Origin: Kudoa neothunni
Lineage: Eukaryota; Animalia; Cnidaria
NCBI GenBank assembly: GCA_964304625.1
Contig: OZ199839.1
Location: 1,738,093-1,802,092 of the forward strand
Direction: 5' to 3'
Length of the DNA: 64,000 nucleotides
The translations under genes were made by a program, and so were the position numbers. Positions 37,601 through 50,500 of the stretch are shown in pieces; within the stretch, counting starts at the first letter, position 1, and every line of letters begins with the position of its first letter. Under the pieces are notes generated by a model. That model was not told the origin of the DNA. It made no database searches and worked only from the letters and a program-made list of their open reading frames with translations.

Positions 37601-40600
37601 AAAACCACTAATACAGATAGTTTAACTACATCCATAAAATGCAATTGTTATATTTACAGATCGTATCTCCTTCCATGTAGTCATATTTTTAAAAAGAGAG
37701 CGTTTAACCTGCTTCCAATGTTCGATTCAAATTTATGCCACCCTAGGTGGTCAAAAGATCACATGAGCCGATTCTTGGAAATGGAAACTATAAATATAAC
37801 ACCAAAAGAGAGTATTACAATAAAACCAAAAGGAATTTTAAATTCTTATGGAAAACGTTCAAAAAATTCTGTGATTTACACAAATAAGCTAGCAGCTTTG
37901 TCCGCTGAATATTGTGGGGAGTTTTATGATAGTTGCCTATCACTATTCAACACAATAGAAAAAATAATCAAGAACCACGACATCAAATTAATAAAACAAA
38001 TAAATCAATTATGTATTTTAAGAAAACTTAATTTTTCTTGATTTATTTTTAGGAAATCGCACCATTGAATATTGAATACTCTGAGGCTATAGCCGAAGAT
38101 GAAGATATCTCTGAAGGAAGAGGTATATGACGCTTAACTTGAATATTTTACTCGTATCTAACTTACAAAAAATAGACGTTATAGAGAATATTTTTAATTC
38201 TCAAATAATTGTTGAGGGTGTTGGTAATAATATTATTCCGCAAGGTGAGGAGATTATCGAGAATATTATTGTTAATAATATTTCAAATGAAAATGCTCCC
38301 GAGCTCCAAACTGTTTTATCTAAAGATCAATTAGCACCTACTTTAGATATGATCGAGCTTGATGTTACTTTCATTTCCCTTCTTTTTTTAAATTATTTTA
38401 GCCTTAAAAATTCCCTCTCGAGTGAAGTCTGTTGGGAGACCAAAGGGATACGCTTTAACCACTATTGGACACAACAAAAAACTAAATTTTTTTAGATATC
38501 TCATTATTTATTTTACTAGGATAGCCATTGTTCATCGTGTTGTATTTATCTAATTTCTGAAAAATGACCTAATTATGATTAATTTTCTCAAAATTCTTGT
38601 CTATATTGAAATAGAAAGCGGAAAATTCACATCATATCTGTGAAATATAGTGAGCATATATTATCTTTAAGTTCATAATTTATGAATAGAATACAATAAA
38701 TCACATAATTTAAACATTGTAAATAAATTAAATAACACGAGGTTGAATGATGTATCATGTGGAAGCGCGCGCTTCAAGAGTAATGTCAGACCTATAAAAT
38801 CACACAAAATTCTTTAACTTTAACCTTATTATTGACAGAAAATGATATACTACAATTTTGATCATGCATTAAATTAAGATTAATAAATCTTTCATTTAAT
38901 TATGGAAAGCGATCAATGAAATAAACAATATAAATATGTAAAAAAAGATATTCTCAATTGTTACATAATTCTATAATTTAGTAGAGAAAAATATAAATAA
39001 TAATAATTTTAAATTAGTTATTTAATAGAGATAACAATTGCAGAGAAATTGATTCCCGTGGTAATAGCCACTACCTTTTATATATTGTCTAAAGGAGCAA
39101 TTGTCTCTAAAGGAAACCAATTTCTCCGGGGTCATCACTTCTGTTCGCTATGTTGATAAAAATGTCCCATATTTCTCTAGCAGAGCAAAATTTATCGTTT
39201 GGCTGTCATTGCTCCCTAGTTTCTGCATTATAAAAGTGGAGCGCGCTCTTGGTAGTTACCTGAATCTGAATGTGTACAACGAAAAAGGAGTTTTGTACAT
39301 CCTCGTATCTTCGTCTTCAACCAAACATTTCAATTATAGGCTCTTGCCTATCCTTATGGATAGTCATGTACAATAAGCAGCCAATCAAACCACGCATTTC
39401 ATCAACATCTTTCTATTTATTCCCATAAGGATTCTTATGGCACTGATTGGCATATTTAATTGTTCGTCCCACTATTCCCATTGGGAAGAAATGATGAAAA
39501 CATCATGCGATACTAAAGATCCTTTGGGTTGCGTACATAGTCACACCTTGAAGAAAATTCATTTTATTATCTGCCATCACCTTGGTTTTCTTTGGTTTGA
39601 TTTCACTCAATAAATTGTTGTTTTTGACTGCAAGCGAATCGTTATTTTCAATAAACACTATATTCTTATTATTCTCGTCGCCAGCAGTCTCCTTAAAAGT
39701 ACGTTAGGCTAGGTGTTTCAATTTCGTTAGTGTCAATAGTATCCTCGCTACATTCCAAAAAGAAACCCATGCCTACACAATAAAAACTTGCACGTATGCG
39801 CATACGCTGTGAAAATTTTATTTGTTAGATTTTGGTATGTAGATGTTTAAATAAAATTTCCAATTAAAAATCCATATAAATAATAATATATTTTTAAAAT
39901 ATCAAACAAAATTCTGGAATCCATTTGAACCCCAATTATACTCCGAATATATTTTGGTTATAAAAATTACAGTGACACATGAAAATTCCAATAAATTTAT
40001 TACTCTAAAGATAAACGCGTTTTACGAAAATATAGGAAGTTTGAATTCTAATTATTATATAGCGGCTGAGAAAACATGATGGCAATTTCGTCTGTGGTCC
40101 AAATGAATCCCAATTTACTTAGAAAATTAAATTTTGTGGCATAATCGCAATATTTCTACCCATAAGTACTTGATATTGAATAGTCAAGTGATTTAATATA
40201 AACACCCCCTACTTCATATCAGAGTTTAGATATGGAGAATAAAAAATAAACGATGTTTAAAACCAGAACAACGCATATTGACAAAAACAAAAAAATTAAC
40301 TTTATCAGAGCTATTAAATTTTTTAAGAAAAAACGACATCTCTTGCTTATATTTTTATATTAACAAAATTTAACCATGGTGACTTTGTTATAATTTAAGC
40401 AAAAATACCTGTGAAGTACTCTCAATGGCGTTTTTTGATTAATAACCAAATCCTATCATAATAAAAAATAAAAATTGGAAAAATAATAATGGCTGTTTTT
40501 ACTACTTTTGTTTTGTTGATTTTATCGATAATTTCATCTGAAATAGCATCTTTGCAAATAATCACCGCTCTAAACACAAATAAAGATCGGTTGCGACAAT

Positions 40601-43166
40601 AATAATGTGTGTACAAATAATTTTTAGCAATATTTTCGGTCACGTTGCACAACTGGTCAATCGTTTTCCTATGATTAAAATAAATATTAATATTAATAAG
40701 TACTTAAACTATAGAGATATTTTTTATTGCCAACAAATTACTTATCATTAATAATCTGCAGGAGACTAATTCGAACAGCGTCCGAACTATTGTTGATCGT
40801 GTCTTGCATTTGGGTTATTTTTTTGCCATCAAAATATGGAACTAACGGATCTAACAATTCCAGCATGAATGGCCGCCCTAAAATAAATCATTTTTCAATT
40901 TGCACTTGTTGGCAAAATAAGGAATTTATATGTGATTGTATGTATTAATAAAACCCACCTTTTCCAAGCATTCTAACGTCAACATCCTCTCTACCCGAAG
41001 ATGAGAATTTCACATCTATACATAATTATTCATCCTGGATTAAGCCTTCGATAACCTGAGAATTTGAAGTGAGGTTGAAGACCTTTTGCGATTATTTCCT
41101 ACAATAAACCTGTTACTTATCTTTCAAAAAATTTTAATCCTTTATCCAGATTGCTTATAATTTAAAAAAAAGGGGTTATTGGCAAAATAAATAATATTCA
41201 GGTGACGCCAGTTTTGACTATATTTAATTATTTACTGTCCCTAAGGGCGAAGCAGTGGGTCAGAAATAATTAAATATAGCAGATTCTACAATGATAAAAC
41301 TTTAAACAGCTTCTCTGTAAGAGTTGCTGAAATAATAATTTTCCGTTACGCGTGCGTGTGTGCTGTTTAGGATTAAATCTTACCGTGCCAATAGCCTCTG
41401 CCATTTTAAATTGTGATTTCGATTATATTACAGCCTCATATGTATGATAACCACAGTCGGACATTAATGATGTTTATTTTAATCATATCGTTTGATTTAA
41501 CGAGAGTAAAAAACATTTAATTCCTATTTTTATTTTATTATATAAAAAAATATTATTTCTACTTGGATGAAAAGTAGAAAAACATATGTTCTCATCCAAA
41601 ACCATTTTTCGGTGAAGGGGAATGTTAAATGGTAATGTGATACATCCTGAGTTAAAATAATTAATTGAATTAAGTTATATCGTTTAATTTAACTGGTAAT
41701 TAGATCGATCACAGAAATGCCCTTTATTTTGGGGGGATTCACTGTTTATACGTGAATATCTGACAAAGGTATTACATTCTCGGTGGGAACATAATAATCG
41801 TTTATTCAAACCCACTAATAAAATAAAAATTCCAGTTCAAAAAATAAAGGTAATTATTTTATTTTAATAATAATATTTATTATCATTATACAAAAGCAAA
41901 TTGTTGTAAATGAGCATTATTTGTATCAATTAAAAAAATAAAAAGAGGATTAATAAAGTCATTTTAATAGATAAAATTTAGTAAAAAGTGGCTATAATTA
42001 ATCGACTACTTGAACACATGTTGAAGGATAGGTTGCATGACTTAGTGGGTCATTTTCATCCATTTCTATAAACCAAGGTGTTTGTGCTACATTTCTGGCA
42101 TATTTATTATATCGACCTAATTAAAAAATTTTTGAAATTTTCGTTGAATCAACGTAAATGCTTACCACCAATGAAGACTGATTGAGAATAACATTTAACT
42201 GTTGATAAAGATGGAGGATTTTGAACAATATTTTCTCCACTTAACCATTTGGAGTATCTACCAAAGTTGAATACATTAAACAACAGTTGAAAAATTACTT
42301 ATCCATAATAGCCGGATCATTCATTGTCTCCAATGCATCCGATATATCTTTGAATGAAGCGATTTTGTCATTCTCCTACAAAAAGTTCCGTATTAATATA
42401 ATATTGCAATAATACAAAATAATTAATTAAACATACTTTTCTTTTGCGATTGAATAACGAATCAAACTTTAAATAATTAGAAATACGCCTATAATTGAAT
42501 AAGTGATTAGATATTAAATGTGACGTGTGTTCTTCCATTTAAATGGAATCAATTACATGAAATTGTCCACTTCAAATTTGTCATTGGTGTATGAATATTC
42601 TAATTCTATCACAAGCAATGCCTAAAAATCCACGAATTCGATATATATTTAAGTCTTTATCTAATTTTCAATAGGAATCAAATACATCTTTGTGATAAGT
42701 TTTGAGGTATTTCTTGCTTACCATATGAGCAATAATGGCTCTGAGAGAATCTTTTACAGAGAGTGAGAAAGTTTCCCCACACAATTCATTATATCTCTAT
42801 TAAAAAACGTATTAATACGCACATTGGATTTTCCAAGTCAAAGACTTTTCTGATAAGAACACTTTTAGGAACCAACAGTGCTACAGAAAATTTCTCGTAA
42901 ATATGTTTGTCTGAAGACAAATGTTTGTCAATCTAAATCAAAATAAAATATGGGCAGTTTTTTATGTAAAATGCCTTATCGAAACTATCAAAAATGCATT
43001 TGGTGTCAAGTAATCCTAGGCAAACGTTGCATGGGGCCATGGCTATTGATGTCTGTTCAACATTATTGATACACTTTGTCCAATTATCGTATAATCCATC
43101 CAGATATTGTTCATCAATATCATAGGAGATGTTGTTATTGCAAAATTCACATACATTCCACGCCAT
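34697..43166 (-). CDS. PUS10: tRNA pseudouridine synthase Pus10, multi-exon, with a 5.3-kb TE-filled intron
   Basis: CNVCLGLL, GRYNKYARNVAQTPW, KFSSSGREDVDVRMLG (catalytic Asp), GRPFMLEL, INQKTPLRVLHR|RIACVR, LKTQSGT|YIKEFVHGDMNRTNP, CDILSLDVQ|DVELNWPP. Confidence 0.93.
35457..40126 (-). mobile_element. Decayed piggyBac in PUS10 intron, interrupted by a MULE
   Basis: TTAA-CCTTCCAAGTAA left end, degenerate right end before TTAA 40127, and GGGGTCC..GAACCC palindromes. Coding remnants DKFCSAREIWDIF..LVSFRDNCSFRQYI | KNNPAKYG are split by the MULE. Confidence 0.8.
35786..39075 (+). mobile_element. MULE (Mutator-like, ZSWIM3-type with SWIM zinc finger) transposon, transposase disrupted
   Basis: ~105-bp near-perfect TIRs starting GG(C/T)AGTGGCTATTACCACGGGAATC and a perfect 9-bp TSD TTTTATATA. 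Motifs IITDK, LMICIFHVSQSFRREI, YFKSNW, TNNRLEAINGQLK, CNC..LPCSH. Start ~36085; stops, frameshifts and probable introns. Confidence 0.93.
41172..41402 (+). mobile_element. MULE-derived MITE (~230 bp) in PUS10 intron
   Basis: Ends GGGGTTATTGGCA.. / ..ACCGTGCCAATAGCCTCTGCC resemble the MULE TIR. Internal inverted repeat CTATATTTAATTATTT..AAATAATTAAATATAG. Related copies at ~19060 and ~50165. Confidence 0.7.
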
Positions 43167-43616
43167 GTGAGGCACCACGCCTAATCCGAATCATGATAAT
43201 TGCCATGCGCATTCATATTAGTTAAAATAATGTTCTTTTTTCATTTAAATGAATTATTAAAGAGAAAAAACTTCAAAAATTAAATATGTAGTTATCATTA
43301 ATTTTTTTACAATTTTATTAATTATTGTATTTTTGAAATATCGTTAAATACTCAGTGTAAATCACGAACTATGAATGTAAAAGAAGTGAGAGATTAATAT
43401 AATATAAATACAAGAAATAAGTTACAAGACAATTAAAATAATATACAATATGATTTGAATTTTTTTTTGTGCATGCAATGAGCATTATTAATTTTATCAA
43501 ATTTCTATCAGTCCCTAAATTTCATCACATATATGTATTAAGTTCTGTTTTTAGTTATTTCCTTCTTATCGCTACGCTTTTGGATCCAGAAATCATTAAT
43601 TACTTCATGCGAACAC

Positions 43617-43686
43617 ATATAATTCAGTGGTATGGCGGATAGACTTAATACCCGGAGGTATCAAGTTCAATCCTCCCCGCTGATCA
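43617..43686 (+). pseudogene. tRNA-derived sequence (tRNA pseudogene or SINE head)
   Basis: A-box-like TAATTCAGTGGTA and B-box-like GTTCAATCC; no complete cloverleaf. Confidence 0.35.
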
Positions 43687-43934
43687 ATCTATTTTGCTCG
43701 TAAAAGTGTGTCTCTATCCCACAGTAGATAGGAGTTGTAGTTGGTGTGATATTGTATTTTAAGAGTAATTTTAAATCCAGATATAATTCGATCTAGCAGA
43801 GGAGATTAAATTGGACCAGAGCTTCCTCATTCATTGTAATTTCCAAACCTATTCTCAAAAAAAAAGGTTTAAGAGTGGATTTATTTCTGGGAGGTGAAAA
43901 TATTTTTACTAAAATTACATTAAAAAGAAAAAAG

Positions 43935-45456
43935 GATAATGGAGGAGTATACGTCTCAGAAAGTTTAATCTTTTCCGCATGTTTGACATTCCTGGTTTCA
44001 TTTAAAACTTGTTTTACGTTATTTTTAAATATTGAGTGAACAGAAAAAACTAACAAATACGACAACATCTGCCTTCGGGTTAAATCGACGCGCGCACGCT
44101 TATGCGCATTGTGGTTTTTCGTTGTTTTCAACTCTATTTGATCATTAAAACAACTTTTATACAAATAATTTATTTGTATTATTTTTCAATCAATGTAAAT
44201 CACCCTATTATTGTTATGCTGTATATACTTTAAAGGTTATAAGAAAAAAATGCAATTTGTATATGTTAGATTTCAATTCGTAAACTGAAAAATTTACCGA
44301 CAAATTTAAATAAATTAGTTTTAGTTTATATATTTTTTTTATATTTTGATAATGGTTGTTGACGAAATGATCATGAAATTACAATAGCATGTGATTATAA
44401 ATTTCTTTTATTGTTATTTTTGTTGGAATTTTATGTTAGAAATTATTTTTTCTAAATTATAAATATCTAATAATTATATTATGTTAATTTGAGAGATAAA
44501 AGACACCTTTAGATATCGAAGTTATAATCATGTCTGCAAAATACATTATTACTCGAATAACTTCAATCATTACTTTACATAAAATTGTAGGATAGAATAT
44601 ATTAAACAATAAACTAATGTTATGGGTGGAAAAGGTGAATAAATATTGAAAACGTAATCAAAATGATTCGTAATACTGTTGTTGCATAGATTTAATACGA
44701 TGCGGCAATATTAACTTGGGGGACATTTATACGACTGAAATAGCATGCCAACATACATTATTATAGATACCAATTTTTACTTAGTAATGTAATTACTTTT
44801 TCCAAACTCAACCAAATTATTCACACTTAATCGTTTATACAAAATGAACAGTTAGATTTAACAATACACTCCCTTAAATTTGATACTTATGTATAGACTT
44901 TAAAGCTGAAAAAATATTTTCTGCAAATCTGCTTAGCTTAATAAGGTTATGAAAACATCATACCTCTCAAAATGTTTTATTCGATCGGTTAAATTGTATG
45001 GTCTGATGAAATAGCTGCACGGGGCTAGGAGTTTCATATATAATATATTGTAGCATCTATTATTGATAATAAATATAATGTCGAAAGTAACCTACTGGCG
45101 ATGACATATCGATAAATTCAAAAAATGGAAAAAATAAACAGGGTCGATTTTTATTATATTTGCTAATTTAGAATATGGTCATTGCTGTATAATTTAAACG
45201 AAACTAGTTGTATAAAAGTTGTTTTAATGATCAAATAGATTTGAAAACAACGGAAACCCCAAGTGCGCACAAGTGTGTGTGCGTTCCGATTTAGCCTGAA
45301 GGGCAGATGTTGTCATATTTTTTAAGATAATGATTTTTTAATTCTTTCTGTTCACTCAATATTTTAAAATAGTGTAAAACAAGTTTTAAATAAAACCAGG
45401 AATGTCAAACATGCGGAAAAGATTAAACTTTCTGAGACGTATACTCCCCCATTACC
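43935..45456. mobile_element. Non-autonomous TIR element (~1.5 kb), Merlin-like ends
   Basis: ~110-bp TIRs (G[G/A]TAATGG[A/G]GGAGTATACGTCTCAGAAAGTTTAATC...) and 8-bp TSD GAAAAAAG/GAATAAAG. No internal ORF. Confidence 0.85.
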
Positions 45457-46272
45457 GAATAAAGTCGTCTACTCTAGCCGGAGCACAAATACAAATAAAA
45501 TAAATACAATGAATAATAAAATTAATGTTTTCACTTTTTTCATGTCTTTTTTGGGCAATAATTAGGCTAAAATGTGGCTTAATACCAGTTATAGATATAA
45601 ATAAATCATAATTTGTAAATAGACTGGATATATTAATATTTTAGCGCAAATAAAATGTTTAAATTTAGCACACGCGCAAAGGGATTGTAGTTTTAATTAT
45701 AAATACCAAAATTAAATGAAGAAAATAAATAATAAAATTTTTAATAATTTAAGCCATTTTATAATTTTTTTATCATTTCTTTAAAAAGTAAATATTTATA
45801 ATTTTTATTTCATATATTATTAAATATAAAATAGAAAGTTACAAAAATTAATTTTCAGTAATTTTCAGTAAAATTCATCAAATGACTATTTGTTTATCAG
45901 TCTTATTTTAGCGTCGAATGTGCACGAACCGCGCATGATATATTTTCGAGAGAGATTCTGATTACTTAGAATCGATAAATTATGTACGTAACATGCTAGG
46001 CCATAAAATTTGTTCGTTGACTCAAGATGAGTCTCGGATCCCCCGGACCTCCTTGGGCTCCGGGAAACCCCGAATTAGACGTTATAGTGCAAAAGAGAAA
46101 CACGTAAATCATAATAACAGGAAGCTGATGTTTGGATTAATGTTAGTTCTCCATTAAAACCACCACACCGTTTTAATCGTTTACCTAGCATTGATAAGCA
46201 TGAAATTCTGTAGAGCCAAAGTCCTCATGCATTTATGGACGGATGGGGTTTGGGATGGAGGTTGTTCTATAA

Positions 46273-46850
46273 CAGAGGTCGGCAACGACCGGTCCATGAG
46301 CCTTCCTTATCCGGCCTTCGAGAGGGAAAATGATAAAGTTAAATTATTTTGTTATTAGGCAGTTCCTTTATAATTTCCCCAATTTTTGTAATCGATCTTT
46401 TCGGCACATAAAGTAATTTAAGAGAAATGTACAAGAAGTTAATTAAATATCACTTCTCTTTTTCTGAATATAAATGTGTAAAAAACAAAAAAAGATTAAA
46501 TTATTCTCTCAAACTAATTTTTTACTTATTTTTACCGACTGTATGATACCAGTCTTATTGTAACGAATGGAGACGTTTAATTATTGTTCTTTACGATTTC
46601 CAATCGTCATTTAAATATATGAAATATTAAATTCAATATCAATAAAATCAGATAAATTTTGAAATAAAAATACTATAAAACTAGTCATTTCCTCATAAAA
46701 ATATCGAATGTTTCTTATTTTTTTTCCCCGCATTTCAACGAAAATATATTACAAAAAATTCATTACATTTAAGTGATTTATACATATTCTGGCTGCCACC
46801 TTTTTAATATGACTATCCGGCCGACGATCCACCCCGGTTGCCGACTCCTG
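46273..46850. mobile_element. hAT (Charlie-like) MITE, 578 bp
   Basis: TIR CAGAGGTCGGCAAC / GTTGCCGACTCCTG, perfect 8-bp TSD TTCTATAA, and subterminal ATCCGGCC repeats. Confidence 0.9.
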
Positions 46851-47503
46851 TTCTATAACTCGGATGTTTAATGGGTTAAATTCCCACATTCCCCGAAAGA
46901 GATAAGGGGTAGATGCTACCTGTCAATCAATGCCTACAGTTTCAATGACGGTAGCTTAACTAGCCGTAAGTTTACAACTTAATAAGTTACGTTATTAAGT
47001 TGCATGGGAAGTTTTTCCATGGAAATAATAATAGAAAAATAATCACACCATGATCTACCAATATATAATGTATTAATACATATAAATAAAACTTCAAATG
47101 ATTAAAATTGAGTTAATGTAAGCTTATATCTCATTTGTAAATAAATTTTTAAAAAGCACACATGGTAATGTGACATGAGAGTTGCTGGATACGCATGCGA
47201 GCACTATTAAGCCCATATTTTAATTTTGGCGGTGCCATAACTAAAATAATGCGCTTAAAATTGTTAATAAATCATTTATATAAATAGTATAATATAAAAC
47301 GATCTTTTAGTAATTTTTTAATCACTTATGCACTTACGTATTTCAAGTTGTAAAAATTAATTTTCAATATTTAATTACTGCGATATAAATGTCTATGTTA
47401 AATTCAATAATTCTATTTATCAATTAAATAATTTGCTCAACAAGCTCCAAAAATTTGAATATGTGACTAATTTTTTTCGCACGCATGCGTAATTAGACAA
47501 AAC

Positions 47504-50500
47504 ATGCTGAAAGACGAAGGTATTGAAAAAGAACCCTCCACTTCTCAATCATCCCCAGTGAAGGACATAAAAGTATAAATTAAAGTATTCAATATTTGAA
47601 TATAAAATATTAGGACAAATGGAAACTGTTGCCATCATTTCTAGAGGTGGGTTTGTGTAACGGTTGTTTTCTTAGTTGACAATTGGTTTTAAGGTTAAAG
47701 GTTTATTTAAACAGCACACAGATTCGTTTAATCATTTTTTGACTGTTGAGGTAAAATTAATTTGGGCAATAGTAATAATGATCAGATTGTATCCGAAATC
47801 TATTAGATAAAAAATATAGTTAAAGCCAATTATTTGGTTACATGTGATACTGATGCCAGTTGGTATCTAAAGTAGCTATTAAATTTACTCAGCTTACTCT
47901 CAAATTCAACTGTTAAGATATATGGATGTTCGTGTTGGGATGCCTGAAATGGCCGAATCATTTGGAGTGGTTAAAAGTATAACTCCACATGAGGTAGTTC
48001 TCTTTGTAGTTGTAGTATTTTTCGGAAAATTAACATTAAATAAAGTGCCGTCTTCGAGATTTGACCTATTCTGCTCCTATCTATGTGGATGTTGAATATA
48101 TCATGGGTCAGAATGTATTTTTGCATTATTTATTTATAACTATACCTCAACGATTGTGTGTAGAAAGTAACGAGAAGTAATGTGTTGATTGGAAGGTAAT
48201 TATGAAAATTTGTTTTTGAACTGATTTGATCACTGTTAAATTTAGGATACCAATCATGCTGAAATGTGTTAATTGCGTTCTTCACAATAAGTCCCATCAA
48301 CAGTTACAATCCTTAGACGAATGCCCTTATGATCCTGGTATGCATTTGATTACATTTATTGATATGGATACAGTAATGTTATATTATTAGGAGGTTATTT
48401 TGTGGTCAAGGGAACCGAGCGCGTTATCCTTATTCAAGAACAAATGCTACACAATCGAATATTAGTGGAACCTGATTCGAATGGATCAATGTGTTGTGTA
48501 TCCATTAGGTGATTTTATTGATTTGTAGTCACTGCCGCTGAATATTAACTATTTTTCACACGTTTTTAGTTCCACGCACTTTATCAAAAGTAGAACTATT
48601 GTCATTTTCAAATCCAACAAATTCTATATGAAACACAACGCTTTTCTTGAGGTATCCTTGTCATTTCTGTTCCAATAACAATCAAATAAAATTAACGCTT
48701 TATTCGGCTGATAGGACATACCTGTAGCTATTATTTTCAAGGGCATGTCTATGGAAACTGACCAGGAAATCGCCCAACTTATAGGCATTGAAGAGGATGT
48801 TCTTAGTATTTTTGCGCCATCGATTGAAGAGTGCCATCAATTGCAAGTTTACACCGCTGAACAAGTATTTAACGCGTCATTTGTTCGCATATGATGGTAA
48901 CATCAATTGAAGGCATTGGCATATATTGGAAGAAGAATTAGACAACGGTTTAACAATACTCGAACTGATAAAGTTGGTGAAGCTCGTGAAGCACTCAAAA
49001 GAATGGTTCTTGCTCATGTTTATGTAAGGTTTTAATGAGCATATCGTTAATCCTCTGACAATGCTGTAAAATGATTATCTTACATGTATTGGTTCTTTAA
49101 TATTAATTTATTTAATAAAATAATAAACTAGAAACAGAGATACTTTATCAGTAGTGCCATAATAAAGACATCATTAATTGTACCATTGAATTTACAACAA
49201 TTTTTTCTGTTCGATCCATTGTCATTTCGCATCCAAGAATTTCATTTTAAATAATGGACAGGGAATGGTCTATTTTCCATAAACTAATGTTTTAGTGTAG
49301 ATTTATTGTGGATTTTGATAATAATTCCATAAAAAGGGATGAATTCCTTGATTTTAAGTATCTTATCGTTGACAGACAATTGTTGTAACTTGAGAAAGAT
49401 ACAATAAACTCCAAGTTATCCACATTCGAAAAAAAGTCGCACTTTTGCTTTATCTTATTATTTAAATTGTATAAGTTGATTGTAAGCGGTTACGCATCTG
49501 CTTGTGAAATAGTGATGATTCTAATATGGAATCATTGTTTCATCATTCGAATGTGTTTAAATTGTAATTATTTTGTAATTTGCCAATATTTTAAAGAAGG
49601 CCTGTAAATTTTAAATCGCGTCTCTTAATCCTTATGTTGATTTTAATTAAATTTGTGGCCCAAAAACCTCATGCATTAATTATAGATGCTTTTGCTATTT
49701 ACGCAATTTTTTAGCAGAAAAATAAAATCATTTTCCGACCCATGTTGTGTGTTTATTTGAAATTGCTTGGTAAACGTTAGGTACAATTTCATTTGATTGT
49801 AATATAGCCATTAGCAAACTGGGTTTGGCGATTGGAGCTTGAGGGTTCAATGAAAATGATTTATTTGTCCGTTTGGATTTTGGCATGCCTTCTATATTTT
49901 TTTTATTTATTTTGTAAGAAACTGGACTAATTGTGTCATGAATAAAATTAACAAACAATTTTTAACAGTATCAATGACTTGATAATTATATCGCCGACTT
50001 CTAGCTAGAGTTCGATAGTTACATCTTGATATTTCAAGGGTTCGATATAAGTGTTTCATCAACTTTCTAGAGTTCAATAATTATGCTATGAACTTTCTAA
50101 GGTTTTATAATTATATCGTAAACTTTATATGGTTTGTTAAACTTAAATTTAATCCTAAATTTCATGTGCGATAGAAATTTTTAGTCTCAGCAACTCTTAC
50201 AAGTCGTTTACAGATTTAATTTTTAAGAATCGGCTGTATTTAATTAGAGTCACCTGAATATTATTCATCGTGCCAATGGTCACTCCCTTTTATTTTCTGC
50301 GCAAAGTTAAATTCACACATTGTGTACTCTTTACCACTCAAGCTAAACTGAAAATTTGATGTGCAAAAATTCGTAATATACATAATTTATGAAGATAAAT
50401 TATTCATTTTTACGTTTGACTTGTCCTTCTAGTTTTTGGATGTAATGAATATTACGTGCCGAAATCCGAACCCAAAATAAAAAATTTTTGTAGGTGCTGA

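Noticed and set aside
43617-43686. Functional tRNA gene
   Set aside because: The T-stem and anticodon stem do not pair properly; kept only as a tRNA-derived relic.
43793-44164. 123-aa minus-strand ORF
   Set aside because: It runs across the TIR boundary of a non-coding element and has no recognisable domain.
49975-50135. Regularly spaced ~30-bp units as a possible CRISPR-like array
   Set aside because: Contiguous degenerate tandem units with no unique spacers and no cas genes, in a eukaryotic context.
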